In this document: one piece after another, positions 23,501-35,330 of the stretch
Layout: each line of letters begins with the position of its first letter
Position numbering within the stretch: position 1 is the first letter of the stretch
From: Malacoraja senta
Lineage: Eukaryota
Assembly: GCA_038087875.1 (NCBI GenBank)
Contig: CM075980.1
Span: forward strand, 124,001 to 188,000
Direction: 5' to 3'
DNA length: 64,000 nucleotides
Made by a program: the position numbers and the translations under genes
Notes under the pieces: generated by a model
Database searches by the model: none
What the model saw: only the letters and a program-made list of their open reading frames with translations
What the model was told of the DNA's origin: nothing

Positions 23501-26500
23501 TGTCACATACACCGAGGTACAGTGAAATGCATTTTTGTGTACAGTTCAGTACAAGTATCACTATACATAAGTACTAAGATACATCTTAGATAAGCATCTC
23601 AGATGCAGTGCAAGTGTATAGTAGCAGTGCACTGAGACACCAGTTTGCCGCCATTTTCAAGTTGCAGTTGCTAGGAGAATGAGGGGACGATGGCAGTAGA
23701 TGAGAGAGAACAGGTTATAGGGAGTAAGTTGGGGGGTAGATTAATGGGAATGCTCACAGGTGACATTGACCCCATGATCCAAATATGACTTCCTGTGTCA
23801 TGGTAATGGGGAAAGTTCTGGGTCTGGCATTGACGAAATGTTGCCATGTTTTTGATGAATGTGTTTGTGAGCATGTCTGCTGCCATATTAATAATGTTAC
23901 TAACTGATGCTGTGGGCGGTGTGATCTTGAGCTCCTAACCTTTTGTGACTGCCATCGCAGGTCTCCTCTGGGGAAGCAGAGTTGCATTGGTTGGAGCAGT
24001 ACAAGTCCTCTGCAGACACGTGCACTCATGCATATTGGTTAGTATCATTAACAATGTTTTAATTTGTGCTGAAGATAGACACAAATAGCTGGTGTAACTC
24101 AGCGGGACAGGCAACATCTCTGGAGAGAAAGAATGGGTGATGTTTCAGGTCAAGACCCTTCTTCAGACTTAATTTGTGCTATTTGGTGCTGGGCTCATTG
24201 CCTTGGTACCACTACTAGTTGCCTACCACAGTCCAACTTTCTGTTTCTGTGCTATCCACTTGTTGAATGGGTAATGGCTTCAGTTCGGTCTGTATCTTAA
24301 CTCCTTGCTTGAGGTTTTCCTATCCAATTTTTAGCTGCAACTGCAGTTCAACTAACTGAGGCCTTGGCCAACAATTCCGGTGACTATGTGTAGCTCTTTA
24401 CCTGGTTAGGGTTAGAGCCTGGTCTGTGGATGGGTATCGCCCTGTCATTTGATTACGTGTATGTGAACAGCTGGATAGTGGTTTCCATATTGTAAATTGT
24501 TGCTGCAGTGAATGTGAGCAACGTTTCATATTCTGCCACCTGCTGGAACAGAGCATTCATGTCTCGCAGTCGCTTCTTGAATTAAAAAAATTGTCTTGAG
24601 TCCGAAACTAAAAATTCTGTCTTTGAACCCCTCCTACCCCTTGCCTCAACTGATGTTAGTTATGTTGGTATCTTATAGAGAAGTCTGAAGAAGGGTCCCG
24701 ACCCAAAATGTCACCTATCCAGAGATGCTGCCTGATCCACTGTATTACTCCACTGTATTTTTAATATTGTCTTATTTATTTTATCCTATAATTAGTTATG
24801 CTAGTTATGTCGTTTTCTATTCTCTGCCATTAGTCTACCTAGTGATCTGTATCATTAATTTATCAACTTCTGAAGAGTCCAGCACTGAAATAGGCCTTTT
24901 GGTCCATAATAGACAATAGGTGCAGGAGTAGGACATTCAGCCCTTCGAGCCAGCACCACCATTTAATGTGATCATGGCTGATCATCCTCGATCAGTACCC
25001 TGTTCCTGCCTTCTCCCCATATCCCCTGACTCCGCTATTTTTAAGAGCCCTATCTAGCTCTCTCTTGAAAGCATCCAGAGAACCTGCCTCCACCGCCCTC
25101 TGAGGCAGAGAATTCCACAGACTCACAACTCTGTGAGAAAAAGTGTTTCCTCGTCTCCGTTCTAAATGGCTTTCTCCTTATTCTTAAACTGTGGCCCCTG
25201 ATTCTGGACTCCCCCAACATCAGGAACATGTTTCCTGCCTCTAGCGTGTCCAAACCCTTAACAATCTTTTATGTTTCAATGAGATACCGTCTCATCCTTC
25301 TAAACTCCAGAGTGTACAAGCCCAGCCGCTGCATTCTCTCAGCATATGACAGTCCCGCCATCCCGGGAATTAACCTTGTAAACCTACGCTGCACTCCCTC
25401 AATAGCAAGAATGTCCTTCCTCAAATTAGGGGACCAAAACTGCACACAATACTCCGGTTGTAGTCTCACTAGGGCTCTGTACAACTGCAGAAGGACCTCT
25501 TTGCTCCTATATTCGACTCCTCTTGTTATAAAGGCCAACATGCCATTCGCTTTCTTCACTGCCTGCTGTACCTGCATGCTTACTTTCATAGACTGATGAA
25601 CAAGGACCCCCAGATCCCGTTGTACTTCCCCTTTTCCCAACTTGACGCCATTTAGATAGTAATCGGCCTTCCTGTTTTTGCTACCAAAGTGGATTACCTC
25701 ACATTATCCACATTAAATTTCATCTGCCATGCATCTGCCCACTCCCCCAACCTGTCCAAGTCACCCTGCATTCTCATAGCATCCTCCTCACAGTTCACAC
25801 TGCCACCCAGCTTTGTGTCATCTGCAAATTTGCTAATGTTACTTTGAATCCCTTCATCCAAATCATTGATGTATATTGTAAATAGCTGCGGCCCCAGCAC
25901 CGAGCCTTGCGGTACCCCACTAGTCACTGCCTGCCATTCTGAAAGGGACCCGTTAATCCCTACTCTTTGTTTCCTGTCTGCCAACAACTTCTCTCTCCAT
26001 GTCAGCACTCTACCCCCAATACCATGTGCCCTAATTTTGCCCACTAATCTCCTATGTGGGACCTTAACAAATGCTTTCTGAAAGTCCAGGTACACTACAT
26101 CCACTGGCTCTCCGTTGTCAATTTTCCTAGTTACATCTTCAAAAAATTCCAGAAGATTAGTCAAGCATGATTTCCCCTTCGTAAATCCATGCTGACTCAG
26201 ACCGATCCTGTTACTGCTATCCAAACGTGAGGCTATTACATATTATATAATTGACTCCAGCATCTTCCCCACCACCGATGTCAGGCTAACTGGTCTATAA
26301 TTCCCTGTTTTCTCTCCCGCCTTTCTTAAAAAGTGGGATAACATTAGCTACCCTGCAATCAACAGGAACTGATCCTGAGTCTATAGAACATTGGAAAATT
26401 ATCACCAATGCATCCACGATTTCTAGAGCCACTTCCTTAAGAACCCTGAGATGCAGGGTACTTAAGGAAGTGCTGTCTGCTGTCCATTATGCCAATTTAA

Positions 26501-27805
26501 ACTGATCATACACTTGTGCATGGTCTATATCCTTTCATTCCCTGCCTGTTCGTGTCTTGCCTAAATGCCTCTTAATCATAAGTTTAATGTCTGCTTCCAC
26601 CACATCCCCCGGCAATGCATTCCGGACACCTCCCATTCTCTGTATGTCAAGAAAACTTGCCTCAAATCTTTAAATGTTCTACCTCTCGCATCAAAATGAT
26701 GTCATCTATTTGATATTTCCACTCTGGGGGAAAAGGGCTATCTGCCCTAACTGTGCCTCTTAAATTTTATATAATTCTGTCAGGTCTCCTCTCAGGTGTC
26801 TGATGCTCCAGAGAAAACAATTCAAATTTGTCCAAACTCTCCTTACAGCTAATGCACTCCAATCTAAGCAGCATCCTGTGGAGCCTCTTCTACACCCACT
26901 CCAAGGCATTGAAATTCTGTTAGTGATCAAGTTGACACAATGTGGAGATATCATGTCCATTTCTGGAGATCCGTGTTAGTCTCTGTACTGTACACTGCAC
27001 AATGACAATTAAAGATTGAATTGAATTGAATAGTCCAGCGTGCGTGTCAACAGAAGATAATCCACAGTGCACTTCCATTCTAGAAGTGTTTTTGAGGATA
27101 ATGGTTTTTCAGATGCAAAACTGTTGATCGTTATTCTGTCTTGTCTTAATAGGCGCGGAAACTGCAAAAAGGTGAGCCTTGGAATGGTTTGTGAAATTGG
27201 ACTGCGGTGCCGCACGTACCATGTCCTCTGCGGCTCGGTTCTTAGTGTCTGGACCAAGGTGGAAGGTGTCTTGGCGTCAGTGAGTGGGACAAATGTAAAA
27301 ATGCAGATTGTGCGATTGAAAACGGAAGATGGGCAAAGGATTGTAGGTGAGTTTGTGGCCTGGTGTATGTGTACATATCTCATTGCAGCAGTGTTTGGGG
27401 GAGTGAGGTCTGGCCTGCTGTGTGCTGATCACATCCGTTCCATAAATAAATCACTGAAGTGGTCAGATACATTTATAGGAAAGGTTTAGAGGGATATGGG
27501 CCAAATGTGGGCGGGTGGGGCTAGTGTAGATGGGGCATCTTGGTCAGCCTGGGCAAGTTGGGCCGAAGGCCCTGTTTCCGTGCTATATGACTGGCGTAAG
27601 TGCCGGCTGCGGTGACGGCTCTGATTTTCAACCCTTTAATCTTGATTTTCTCGTCTCCGCAGGTTTGATCATTCCTCAAAACTGTGTCTCACCGTTGGTG
27701 AACATTCTGTCGACTTCGGACCAGTCGCAGCAGCTGGCTCTGCAGCAGCAACAGATGTGGCAACAACTGCATCCGCAGAGCATGAGCCACGTGAGCAACA
27801 CATAG
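2502..27805 (+). CDS. SBNO1: Strawberry notch homolog 1 (DExH/helicase-like nuclear protein), last 26 coding exons; 5' exons lie upstream of the window
   Basis: Exons: 2502-2662, 2977-3110, 3194-3284, 4177-4338, 4911-5046, 7333-7438, 7587-7740, 8272-8454, 9056-9153, 10038-10189, 10702-10887, 12135-12308, 12495-12658, 17617-17748, 17830-17965, 18268-18380, 19343-19414, 19699-19798, 21263-21337, 21422-21568, 21651-21745, 22733-22825, 23057-23194, 23961-24037, 27153-27346, 27663-27805 (TAG). All introns are GT-AG and phases are consistent throughout. Translation includes [28 protein letters not shown] (Walker A), [10 protein letters not shown] (DExH), [22 protein letters not shown] and the C-terminal [11 protein letters not shown], matching vertebrate SBNO1. 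Confidence 0.97.
2733..2916. mobile_element. Penelope-associated short element inserted as an inverted dimer (75-bp arms) with a 15-bp TSD
   Basis: Arms 2766-2840 and 2842-2916 are reverse-complementary with a few mismatches; CTCAGATCCAAGTGT at 2718-2732 and 2917-2931. Confidence 0.8.
4339..4910 (+). other. SBNO1: U12-type (minor spliceosome) GT-AG intron of SBNO1
   Basis: 5' splice site GTATCCTTTT at 4339; branch-point box CCTTAAC at 4891-4897, 13 nt from the 3' end; no polypyrimidine tract; splicing joins FDGA|IVFDECH in frame. Confidence 0.93.
5190..6090 (+). mobile_element. Degenerate Penelope-like retroelement remnant (RT region) with an inverted short terminal piece
   Basis: [27 protein letters not shown] resembles the PLE RT region LAELVLTLNNFSF...GVAMG(T/S); later decayed DKFPL/VLAFH-like segments. 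A decayed CTGATGA...GAAA core lies on the minus strand at about 5255-5290. Confidence 0.6.
6130..6650 (+). mobile_element. Old degenerate CR1 3' fragment
   Basis: Decayed QRDL...YRTLVRPHL coding remnants and a CR1-type 3' UTR (GGGCCAGAGGGCCTGT..GCTGTACTGTTCT). Confidence 0.65.
6765..7290 (+). mobile_element. Rex1/Babar-type LINE 3' fragment
   Basis: [29 protein letters not shown]-terminal motif plus 3' UTR. Confidence 0.7.
8500..8920 (-). mobile_element. Degenerate CR1 3' fragment
   Basis: Reverse-strand similarity to the CR1 ORF2 end (CCTCTATAAGGTTGCCTCTC..CTCCTGCGCTCCAGTGAATAAAG). Confidence 0.7.
14292..16718. mobile_element. Non-autonomous composite DNA transposon, hAT5-like (5-bp TSD TATTA), full-length copy
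   Basis: Ends CAGGGCTCtcgcTTAaC and GcTAAtttcGAGCCCTG (imperfect TIRs); TATTA on both flanks; GGCAAC/GTTGCC motifs repeated subterminally. Removing the element and one TATTA restores the L1 ORF2 frame ([15 protein letters not shown]). Confidence 0.8.
15078..15335 (-). mobile_element. CR1 LINE 3' fragment inserted in transposon copy 2
   Basis: Near-identical to 534-790 with an ATAGAAAC tail, but at a different site within the host element. Confidence 0.88.
22015..22508 (+). mobile_element. Rex1/Babar-type LINE 3' fragment
   Basis: [45 protein letters not shown]; short-repeat tail. The duplication start (22382) lies in its 3' UTR. Confidence 0.72.
24908..26460 (-). mobile_element. CR1 LINE (RT and 3' end), young; duplicate at about 42941-44490
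   Basis: [43 protein letters not shown]; AATAGAC tail. Confidence 0.93.
26480..26930 (-). mobile_element. Older CR1 3' fragment (duplicate about 44510-44960)
   Basis: Decayed [11 protein letters not shown] motif and CR1 3' UTR. Confidence 0.65.
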
Positions 27806-30150
27806 TTGCTGGCCTGAAGCCACTCCAACTGCAATTGGCAGGTGTAGCGCCCTGCGACCTTCACTATTTGCAGGAATTCCCGGTCATGTTCCAAAGAGAT
27901 TCCTTGATTAGTGAAGTATTGATGATAATAGTGACTCTGGGATTGCCTTTAATTAAATCAGAAGAATCTGATTGAATGGGTGACAGTTGAAGGCCTGGAC
28001 ATTGGGACGTCTTTACTGATTTTTCTTTTCCTCCTGAAACTCTGTCGGCACTTTCTCTTCTGACACTAGCTGCTATGACTTTCAACGTCCATTTCTGCCC
28101 TTTCAGTAATGGAGGTGAGTGTGTGCCCATTCTGCACACCAGTCAAATACCTTGCCTTCAACATAACTTCCTATGTCCTGTTCTGTAGCATGAGTGAGGC
28201 CATTCTGTGCCCTGTTACAAGTGTGGGTGCTCTGGTGCTGGAGGCATGTTGAAGGCTGCGTCACTCGCTGAAACCGCCTAGAATGTTTCATCTTAAATAC
28301 AACTTAGTGCAGTAGCAGCTCCGTAGGATTTGTCCTAATTCTAGCGTGGGTTTGTTAACCTGCAGTCTTAAAAACTGAACAAACATTTATTCAGGGTTTG
28401 ATTATCATGTATATCCTATAAGCAGGATGTAAATAAGATGCAAAAAATTTGCAAAAATCGCAGCATATTTAAAAAAAAAAAAAAGAGGCAGTATATTTGA
28501 AGATTTATGAGGGCAGAGATCTAATTGCTTTATACAGAAGCTGTTTTGAATATGTTGATATGTTTCCTTTCTCCACAGTATATAATTTCTGGGTAACGAC
28601 AAACTGTATGTTCTGTATTTCAGTGTTTCATGGCACAAGCTTAAATTATCTGGTGATTTTTTTTTTTTATATATTAAAATTCTCAGAACCACTTTATAAC
28701 AGCTCCATCATATTTAATCGCTCCCCTGCTATTGGTTACTCATTTTCTTCCATGCAATTTTACCCAACTCTTATAGTTTAAACCACATCCTTCAACAAAC
28801 CAGAGAGCAGTTTGTATACAAACTGTCATTTGAATCATAGTGGAATATTGCAGATGACAGTAATGCATGTCAGCATGGCTGGTGGTGGAAGTTTTAATAC
28901 TGCCACTTGTCGGTCGTGAGAAGTATCAAAGCTTGTAATTCAAGTTAAAGATGTACATCTTGTACTCTTGTGCATACTGACTGATTCATGGTACATTGGT
29001 TGCACGTTTCACATGCTGGTGAAGCCAATTGCTTAGTCGGGTGTCAAATGTATGAAGGGAGTCTTTGGAGACGACTGCACTGTGTGCGGTGTCCTTAAGT
29101 GCTGTTCACACAATTCAATGCTGTTAAGTATTTAACAGAGTGTCTATATTCAGTTAGTAAAACTTGTACTGTACAAATGTGTATAGTCTCAGCTATGATA
29201 CCAATACTTTGTTTTGACTATAAATAGTTTTGTCAACTTTATCAGAATAGTGAAGGAAGTTTTGCCATTTCAAGCTGGCACAAGTTGCACTACTGAAGAT
29301 ACTCAATTGTTTATAATTGTATATTTAAATTTAGAATTGTCAACAATAAGTTACTGCAAGGCACGAGGCTCTTGCAGCAAGCTATTAATAAATCATATTG
29401 TATTAATGGAAACCGGTGTAGAATTTTTAAAAGATGGAAAGAGGTGCACACTCCCTATATGTGTCTATCTATAGGAAGGATACAGAGTATGTGTGAGCAT
29501 GCGTATGGGTGTGACTGAACAGCACAAATTATAAAAAAAAATAGAATATTATAAACTGGTTGTGTCTAAATTCTACTTCTGTTGCCTTGGTGAACAGTGA
29601 AGGTGTTGCAAAATGTCCTCATTTGTCTGATTATGGGGGGTTGATGATGACAGTCAGATGGTGTTTGTTAGGTTTTTATCACCAGTTTTCAAGTGTTTTA
29701 TTCTTTGGCTGCCTGGTTCCTTCTGCAGTTGTCTGTGACTTGGGAACATTTGCCTTGAGAATTTAAATCTTATTTGGCTCTGGTTCCTGAGTCACTGTAT
29801 TTGTTTTCTCAATATCTATGGTGCTGGTTCTCATTGTAGTTTTTTTGTCTTTTTAAATTGGGCATCACAAAGTCACCTCAGCTTGTGTGCACTCCACTCA
29901 TTTCAATTCAATATCAAGATTCACTTGACGAATGTCGTTAATATACTTTCTGTTATGTTGGTCAAACTAAGAATATTTGGCCTTGGTAATTGTAAAGCTT
30001 TACTCTCCCTGTCTATTTATGATGCCGTTCAGAGCTCTCGTTAATGAATGATGAATAATAGTTTAATTTCTTCATGTGGGTTTTGTCAGCTCACTTCCAA
30101 ACTAACCACTACAATTCTGCAATAAAGTGAGACTTTAGGATCCGTTGTAC
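27806..30150 (+). other. SBNO1: SBNO1 3' UTR with candidate polyA signals (AATAAA 29387-29392 and 30121-30126)
   Basis: About 2.3 kb of AT-rich sequence with no recognisable repeats follows the stop codon; AATAAA at 30121 is followed by GT-rich sequence, after which repeats resume. The true 3' end is not determined. Confidence 0.6.
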
Positions 30151-30289
30151 AGCGGTGTTGATGTCAACTGGCTGCTTTGTCGTTTCCTCCCTGCAATCCT
30201 CTCCTTAATCCTTAAAAAATTGGGTTAATTGATGTGCAGAGGTTGAGCTGAATTCAAACAATAATAAAGACTAAATGTTATCGGTAAGG

Positions 30290-30555
30290 AGCATCTGGTA
30301 GCTGAGTCTCCTGCTTTGGTGCCAGAGACCCAGGTTTGATCCTGACCTTGGCTGCTCTCGGTGTGGAGTTTGCATGTTCTCAATGTGACCATGTGGGTTT
30401 TCTCCCACATCCCAAAGAAATGTGGGTTTGTAGGTTAATTGGCCTTTGTAAATTGCCCCGAGTGCAGGGAGTGGATGCAAAAGTGGGATCATGTAGAACC
30501 AGTGAGATTGTGGACCTGGTGGGTTGATGGGCATGTTTCCAAGCTGTATCTCTAA
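30290..30555 (+). mobile_element. tRNA-derived V-SINE/HE1-like SINE (duplicate about 48322-48587)
   Basis: B-box-like GGTTTGATCC and the TGTGGAGTTTGCATGTTCTC...TCCCACATCCCAAAGA central domain. Confidence 0.75.
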
Positions 30556-31399
30556 CAGGTGCAGGGAAAAGGATTAGAAAATAGTTAAGAAGAAAAGGAT
30601 ACCCAGAAATAAAAGTATTAAATGAGGAGAAAGGTTAATGTCATTACAGTAAACCAGGAGCAGCAAGGGGCAGGCAAGTTCCATCTGCACCTTAGAAGCA
30701 TTCAAAAGAGTAGCAAGTATTTAGGGCCAACATCTTCCTGTAAGTGTTGTAGTTATAATAAGCTCATGTTAGGAGTGGAATTAGACCATTCGGCCCATCA
30801 AGTCTACTCTGTCATTCTCCTGGGGTAGCCACTGGCAGATTGAGCAAGGAATTCTCAAACTAAGCTTTAGTTCAAATTAGTATTAATTCTAGTTACTTGA
30901 GACTTTCTGAGGTACAATTAATTGCAAATCACATTTGACATAAAAAGCACAAGACTGGTGAACTGGCTGGCTTCACTTCCATGGGCATTGTAGTGCTGAG
31001 TTCCAAATTCAGGGTCTTATGGTTGTTCTTGAGTAATCGCCACCCATGTTCTGTCAGATGGGATTAACCCATGGGATGAATGGCCTCTTACCCATGCTGT
31101 ATGAGTATAATTTTAGTGATTGATGTGGGGAAAACAGTGCCGGAGGAGGAAGTGGAATCGGATATATTCACAGGTTTAGATGGATGCGGACGGACACAAA
31201 TGGGCAAAGCATAATGTGCTGAATGGGATTAGTATGTATGGTAAAACAAAAAGGTCAACATGGGGCCGAAGGGACTGTTTCTTTGTTGTACAACTCTGAA
31301 GTGAGACCACTATCAAATTTATGGCCCATAAGGCTTGTGTATAAATCACCAAAATTATATTGATAAAGGCAAATAAATAATTGGATGGTAAGCTTCCCC

Positions 31400-32520
31400 G
31401 TTGGGACGGGTCAATATCCCTGTGTGTGCGGGCAGCGGCGGAATGAGGATGCACCAGGATATCTGAACTCGGGAAGCAGCCTTTGTCTCAAGAGTTTTTT
31501 TAAACAGTCGGAGGAGACAACGTGAGTCTGACGGACGGAGTTTACTGAAGGGGGTTAATTAAACTAACCCATGAAAATAACCAGTTCCCACAATCAGCCG
31601 CTTTGCAGACAAGACCTGAGCGCGGCAGCGGCAGAGATGATGATGATGGTGAGGGGAGAGGATGCGGCGGGGCCGGTCCGGGGGGAGTGAGGGTCGGGGC
31701 CGGTCCGGGGGGAGTGTGGGCCGGGGCCGGGCCTGGGGGGGAGTGTGGGGCCGGGCCTGGGGGGGAGTGAGGGTCGGGGCCGGTCCGGGGGGAGTGAGGG
31801 CCGGGGCCGGGGGGAGTGAGGGTCGGGGCCGGGCCTGGGGGGGAGTGTGGGCGGTGGGTGTGGGGCCGGGCCTGGGGGGGAGTGTGGGCGGTGGGTGTGG
31901 GGCCGGGCCTGGGGGGGAGTGAGGGCGGTGGGTGTGGGGCCGGGCCGGGCCTGGGGGGGGGGGGGGGGGGGGTGTGAGGGCCGGGGCCGGTCCAGGGGGG
32001 AGTGAGGGCCGGGGCCGGGGGGAGTGAGGGTCGGTGCCGAGGCCTGAGGGGGAGTGAGGGCGGCGTGTGTGGGCCGGGGCTGTGGGAGCGGGGCCTAGGC
32101 AGCTCGGAGCCTCAGCAGACGGTGACCACGGGACGGCCTCGCGTCCAGGCCGTGCCCTGCCCCGCCCCACCTGGGCCCGCAGCGGCTGCCGGCGGGACGA
32201 GGAGCCGCGGGGTGGGAGCGGGACCGGGACCGGCCTGCGGTGCGGGAGTCCGGGGGGAGGATGGAGGAGTAACGCTCTCCTGGGGCCCGGGGATCTGCAG
32301 CCTCTCCCGGGCGCTGGTGGGCCGCGGCCCCGGGTGGGAGGCGCCGTTTCCCGTCCCCGCCCTCGGGTTGCATCGGCGCCGGGATGAAAGCCGTCCGTCC
32401 TGGGGAGCCGCGGCCGGGGCCCCGGTACTTCCCTCGGCAAGCCCGGGAACTCATTGCCGGCACCCCAAGTCAAGCAGGCCCATCGGCCCAACGTCCAAGT
32501 CTGTCCAACCTCTCCCTGTA
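31400..32520 (+). promoter_or_regulatory. CpG island, probable CDK2AP1 promoter/first exon (duplicate about 49430-50550)
   Basis: High GC and CpG content between the SBNO1 3' end and the CDK2AP1 exons; donor-like ATG|GTGAGG at 31648/31649. Confidence 0.65.
31668..32060 (+). repeat. G-rich minisatellite (variant units such as GGGGGGAGTGAGGGTCGGGGCCGGTCC); duplicate about 49700-50092
   Basis: Tandem imperfect units of about 20-35 bp with long G runs. Confidence 0.9.
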
Positions 32521-32542
32521 ACTCAGGCCCTCGATTCCTGGA

Positions 32543-32860
32543 AATAGACAATAGATACAGGAGGAGGCCATTCGGCCCTTCGAGCCAGCATCACCATTCA
32601 ATGTGATCATGGCTGATCATCCACAATCAGTACCCCGTTCCTGTCTTCTCTCCATATCCCTTAACTCTGCTATCCCTAAGAGCTCTATCTAACTCTATCT
32701 TTCTCTATCAAGAGAAAGCATCCAGAGAACCAGCCTCCACTGCCCTCTGAGGCAGAGAATTCCACACACTCACAACTCTGTGTGAAAAAGTTTTTCCTCA
32801 TCTCTGTTCTAAATGGCTTACCACTTATTCTTAAACTATGGCCCCTGGTTCTGGACTTGT
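32543..32860 (-). mobile_element. CR1 3' fragment (duplicate about 50575-50892)
   Basis: SRTRGHSLRISGKPFRTEMRKNFFTQ; AATAGAC tail. Confidence 0.85.
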
Positions 32861-33549
32861 AAACCTTGTAAATCATCTCCCCAAAATCACAGGCCTGCAC
32901 CAGTCACTTTCTCAGTCCCCGACTCATGTCCACTCCTGAATTCTCAATCCTTTAATGTTTCTGCTCTGTGAGCCGACCCTCTCTCTGACCTGTCTTACGC
33001 ACCCCACCCATTGCTCATTCTCCAGTCCCCATATCCCCCCCTGTACCAACTACCCCATCTATCCCCAAAGTGTGGACACAACCCACTCATTCCAGCCTCA
33101 CCACAGCATACCAGCCATCCAGTCACACTCACCGGGCCTCTTCCATCCTGCTGCCAGGAGGCCATGAAATGCAGCCTTGAATGTGGAGCAGCAGAAGCAG
33201 AGGGGCCTCCATCATTAACAAGGTCCGTCCTTTTTAACCCATTCATTGAGTATCACATAGCCTTAAGTCATCTCAAGGCACATTATCTCCTCACAATTAT
33301 CAGGACTAAATTACATGTTCTATTCCACTGCCTATCTTACCAACTCCCCGATATTGTCCTGTAGTTTACGACTATCCCGTTCACTATCAACAACACTGCT
33401 TACTAGTCATTGCTCCAATGTTATTCTCCACGTCATTTGTTACTGTATGGAACAAGCAACAAGGTGCTAGCACCGACCCCTCTGCTACACACCAGGGTTC
33501 CAGTAACAAACACATCACCCTCTGCAGTGGACAGGTGCTATAGACCTGC

Positions 33550-33940
33550 ACAGGAAGGTAGACGCTCCCGCCCCCTCGGGCAGATGGGGCTCGTCAGCCT
33601 GGGAAGGTGGTCCATCTAGGAGAGGGAAAACTGATTTAAAACCTCCACTGCCTTGTGGCCATATCCTGTCATGGAAAAGGCTCCTGGAGTCAGAGCCCCT
33701 AAGGTAGTTCGTCGTTGTCTACAACCTCGCTCTGGCAGCTCCTGCGACGGCGCTGGTGCCAAACTAACAGCCCTGCTGTTCCTTTGGATCGATCAGCGAC
33801 GTGGAGAGGGTGGACGTGCTGCATGGGCAACAGCCTGTCCTCCATATGACATCGCCCAGGCTTGCATCCGACCACGCATCACCTGCAAACTAGGATGCAT
33901 CACCCATGGTCAGTCATGTCCGAGGGGGGGGCTACTACCC
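33550..33940 (+). mobile_element. Possible RTE-derived non-autonomous element (duplicate about 51582-51972)
   Basis: CATCTAGGAGAGGGAAAACTGATTTAAAACCTC resembles the conserved RTE 5' UTR motif; CTACTAC short tail. Boundaries uncertain. Confidence 0.4.
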
Positions 33941-34308
33941 TCTATCCTTACCCTCATGCCACATTTGGATCCAATTTGCCAACTTGCCTTGGATGAATAG
34001 ACTCTAACATTTTGGACCATGTCAAAGCAAACTGAAGTCCATGTCGACTACATCAATCACACTGCACTTTATTATCTCTGAAATATTTGATGAGATTGGT
34101 CAGGCAAGATCTTCCAACAGCGCCATGCTGACAATCTTTGATTCACTGCTGCTGCTCCACTTGACATTCGGGCTCTAGGCAAGAGCAATGCTACTGATCC
34201 CACTCTCCAATCTGTTACTGTGTTCTGTTCATTACCATTGTTGGCTTTAGTGACACAACATTTGGGGTCAGTGTGTCTCAGTTTGTAACACTTTGTGTCC
34301 TGTGTTAG

Positions 34309-34920
34309 ACAATGAACAGTGGTCGGGCCCCACAGAGTAAATACACACAGCTCCTTGCTATCATTGAAGAACTGGAGAAAGACATTCGACCATCGTACGC
34401 TGGGAATAAAAGTGCAATGGAGCGTCTAAAACGAGGTAATTAACTGCACAACTGAAGGAATCTAAACAGAGCGCAGGAAATGCTCATTGTTTCAGGCAGT
34501 ATCTGTGGAAGGAGAAACGGCTGACTGACTGAAATAACCTGTCATGAGAGCTGCTTCCCCGCTTTAGCCTTACCCATTCAACATTTTCTGATCTTTATGT
34601 GTAATCTTTCTGCGAGTTTTGACGAGTTGAATCTTGATGTCACATTAAGAGGTATTGAAGTGAGAACTGATGTTTCTTTGTCAGTTTTGGAGTAAAAAAT
34701 GAACGGTGGTTGCTATTCAGTTATTTGTAGCGTGAGTTTATCTTTATGAACAAGACAAGATAGTCTAATTATTCTCTCTTTATATTTAGGAATAATGCGT
34801 GCACGAGGATTAGTGCAAGAATGCCTTGCTGAAACTGAACGAAATGCAAGATCACAGTTTTTAACATGGTTTGAGATGACAATGAACTGCAGTTTTTTCT
34901 GCAAGTGCAATTTTCTTTGA
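34309..34920 (+). CDS. CDK2AP1: CDK2-associated protein 1 (DOC-1), last two coding exons, copy 1 (34309-34435, 34790-34920)
   Basis: Translates [64 protein letters not shown], matching the CDK2AP1 C-terminal domain. AG/GT boundaries and syntenic position fit. A T5 run at 34858-34862 extends this copy to the TGA at 34918-34920. Confidence 0.88.
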
Positions 34921-35114
34921 CCACCCTTTTGTTTTCATTTTTGTACTTGAGCCAAACCATGTATGATTTGTTTCAGGGGAACTCAAAGAATATCGACTGA
35001 ATACAATTTTACTTCTTTACAACTGACAATACTCTTGGTATAACAAAGGCCCAGGTTATGTAGTTAAGTGAATTTATAAATAGCCTTTTGGAAAGAATGT
35101 GGCTCCTAATTATG

Positions 35115-35330
35115 TTCACTCTTTAGACTGCACACTAGGGACAATTTACAATTTTTTTTTTAAACTGAAGCGAATTAACCTAATAGCCTGTACATCTTTG
35201 CCGTGTTGGAAGAAACCCACACGGTCATAGAGAGAACGTACAAACTCCGTACAGGCAGCACCCGTAGTCAGGATGAAACCCGGGTCTCTGGTGTAATGCA
35301 GCAACTCTACTGCTGCACCACGTACTGCCT
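35115..35330 (-). mobile_element. tRNA-derived V-SINE/HE1-like SINE (duplicate about 53147-53362)
   Basis: Reverse strand reads GGTGCAGCAGTAGAG...GACCCGGGTTTCATCCTGACTACGGGTGCTG...GGAGTTTGTACGTTCTC. Confidence 0.75.

Noticed and set aside
29620-29645. LSDYG peptide resembling CDK2AP1 exon 2
   Set aside because: Lies within the SBNO1 3' UTR, upstream of the CpG island, with no supporting splice sites.
31559-32551. 330-aa Pro/Arg-rich ORF and overlapping GC-rich ORFs (also 49591-50583)
   Set aside because: Artefacts of a stop-poor G-rich minisatellite/CpG island; open in several frames and differing between the two copies.
33158-33230. EGPPSL peptide resembling CDK2AP1 exon 2 (YGPPSLG)
   Set aside because: Only 5 residues match and the donor phase in that frame does not fit exon 34309; may be chance.
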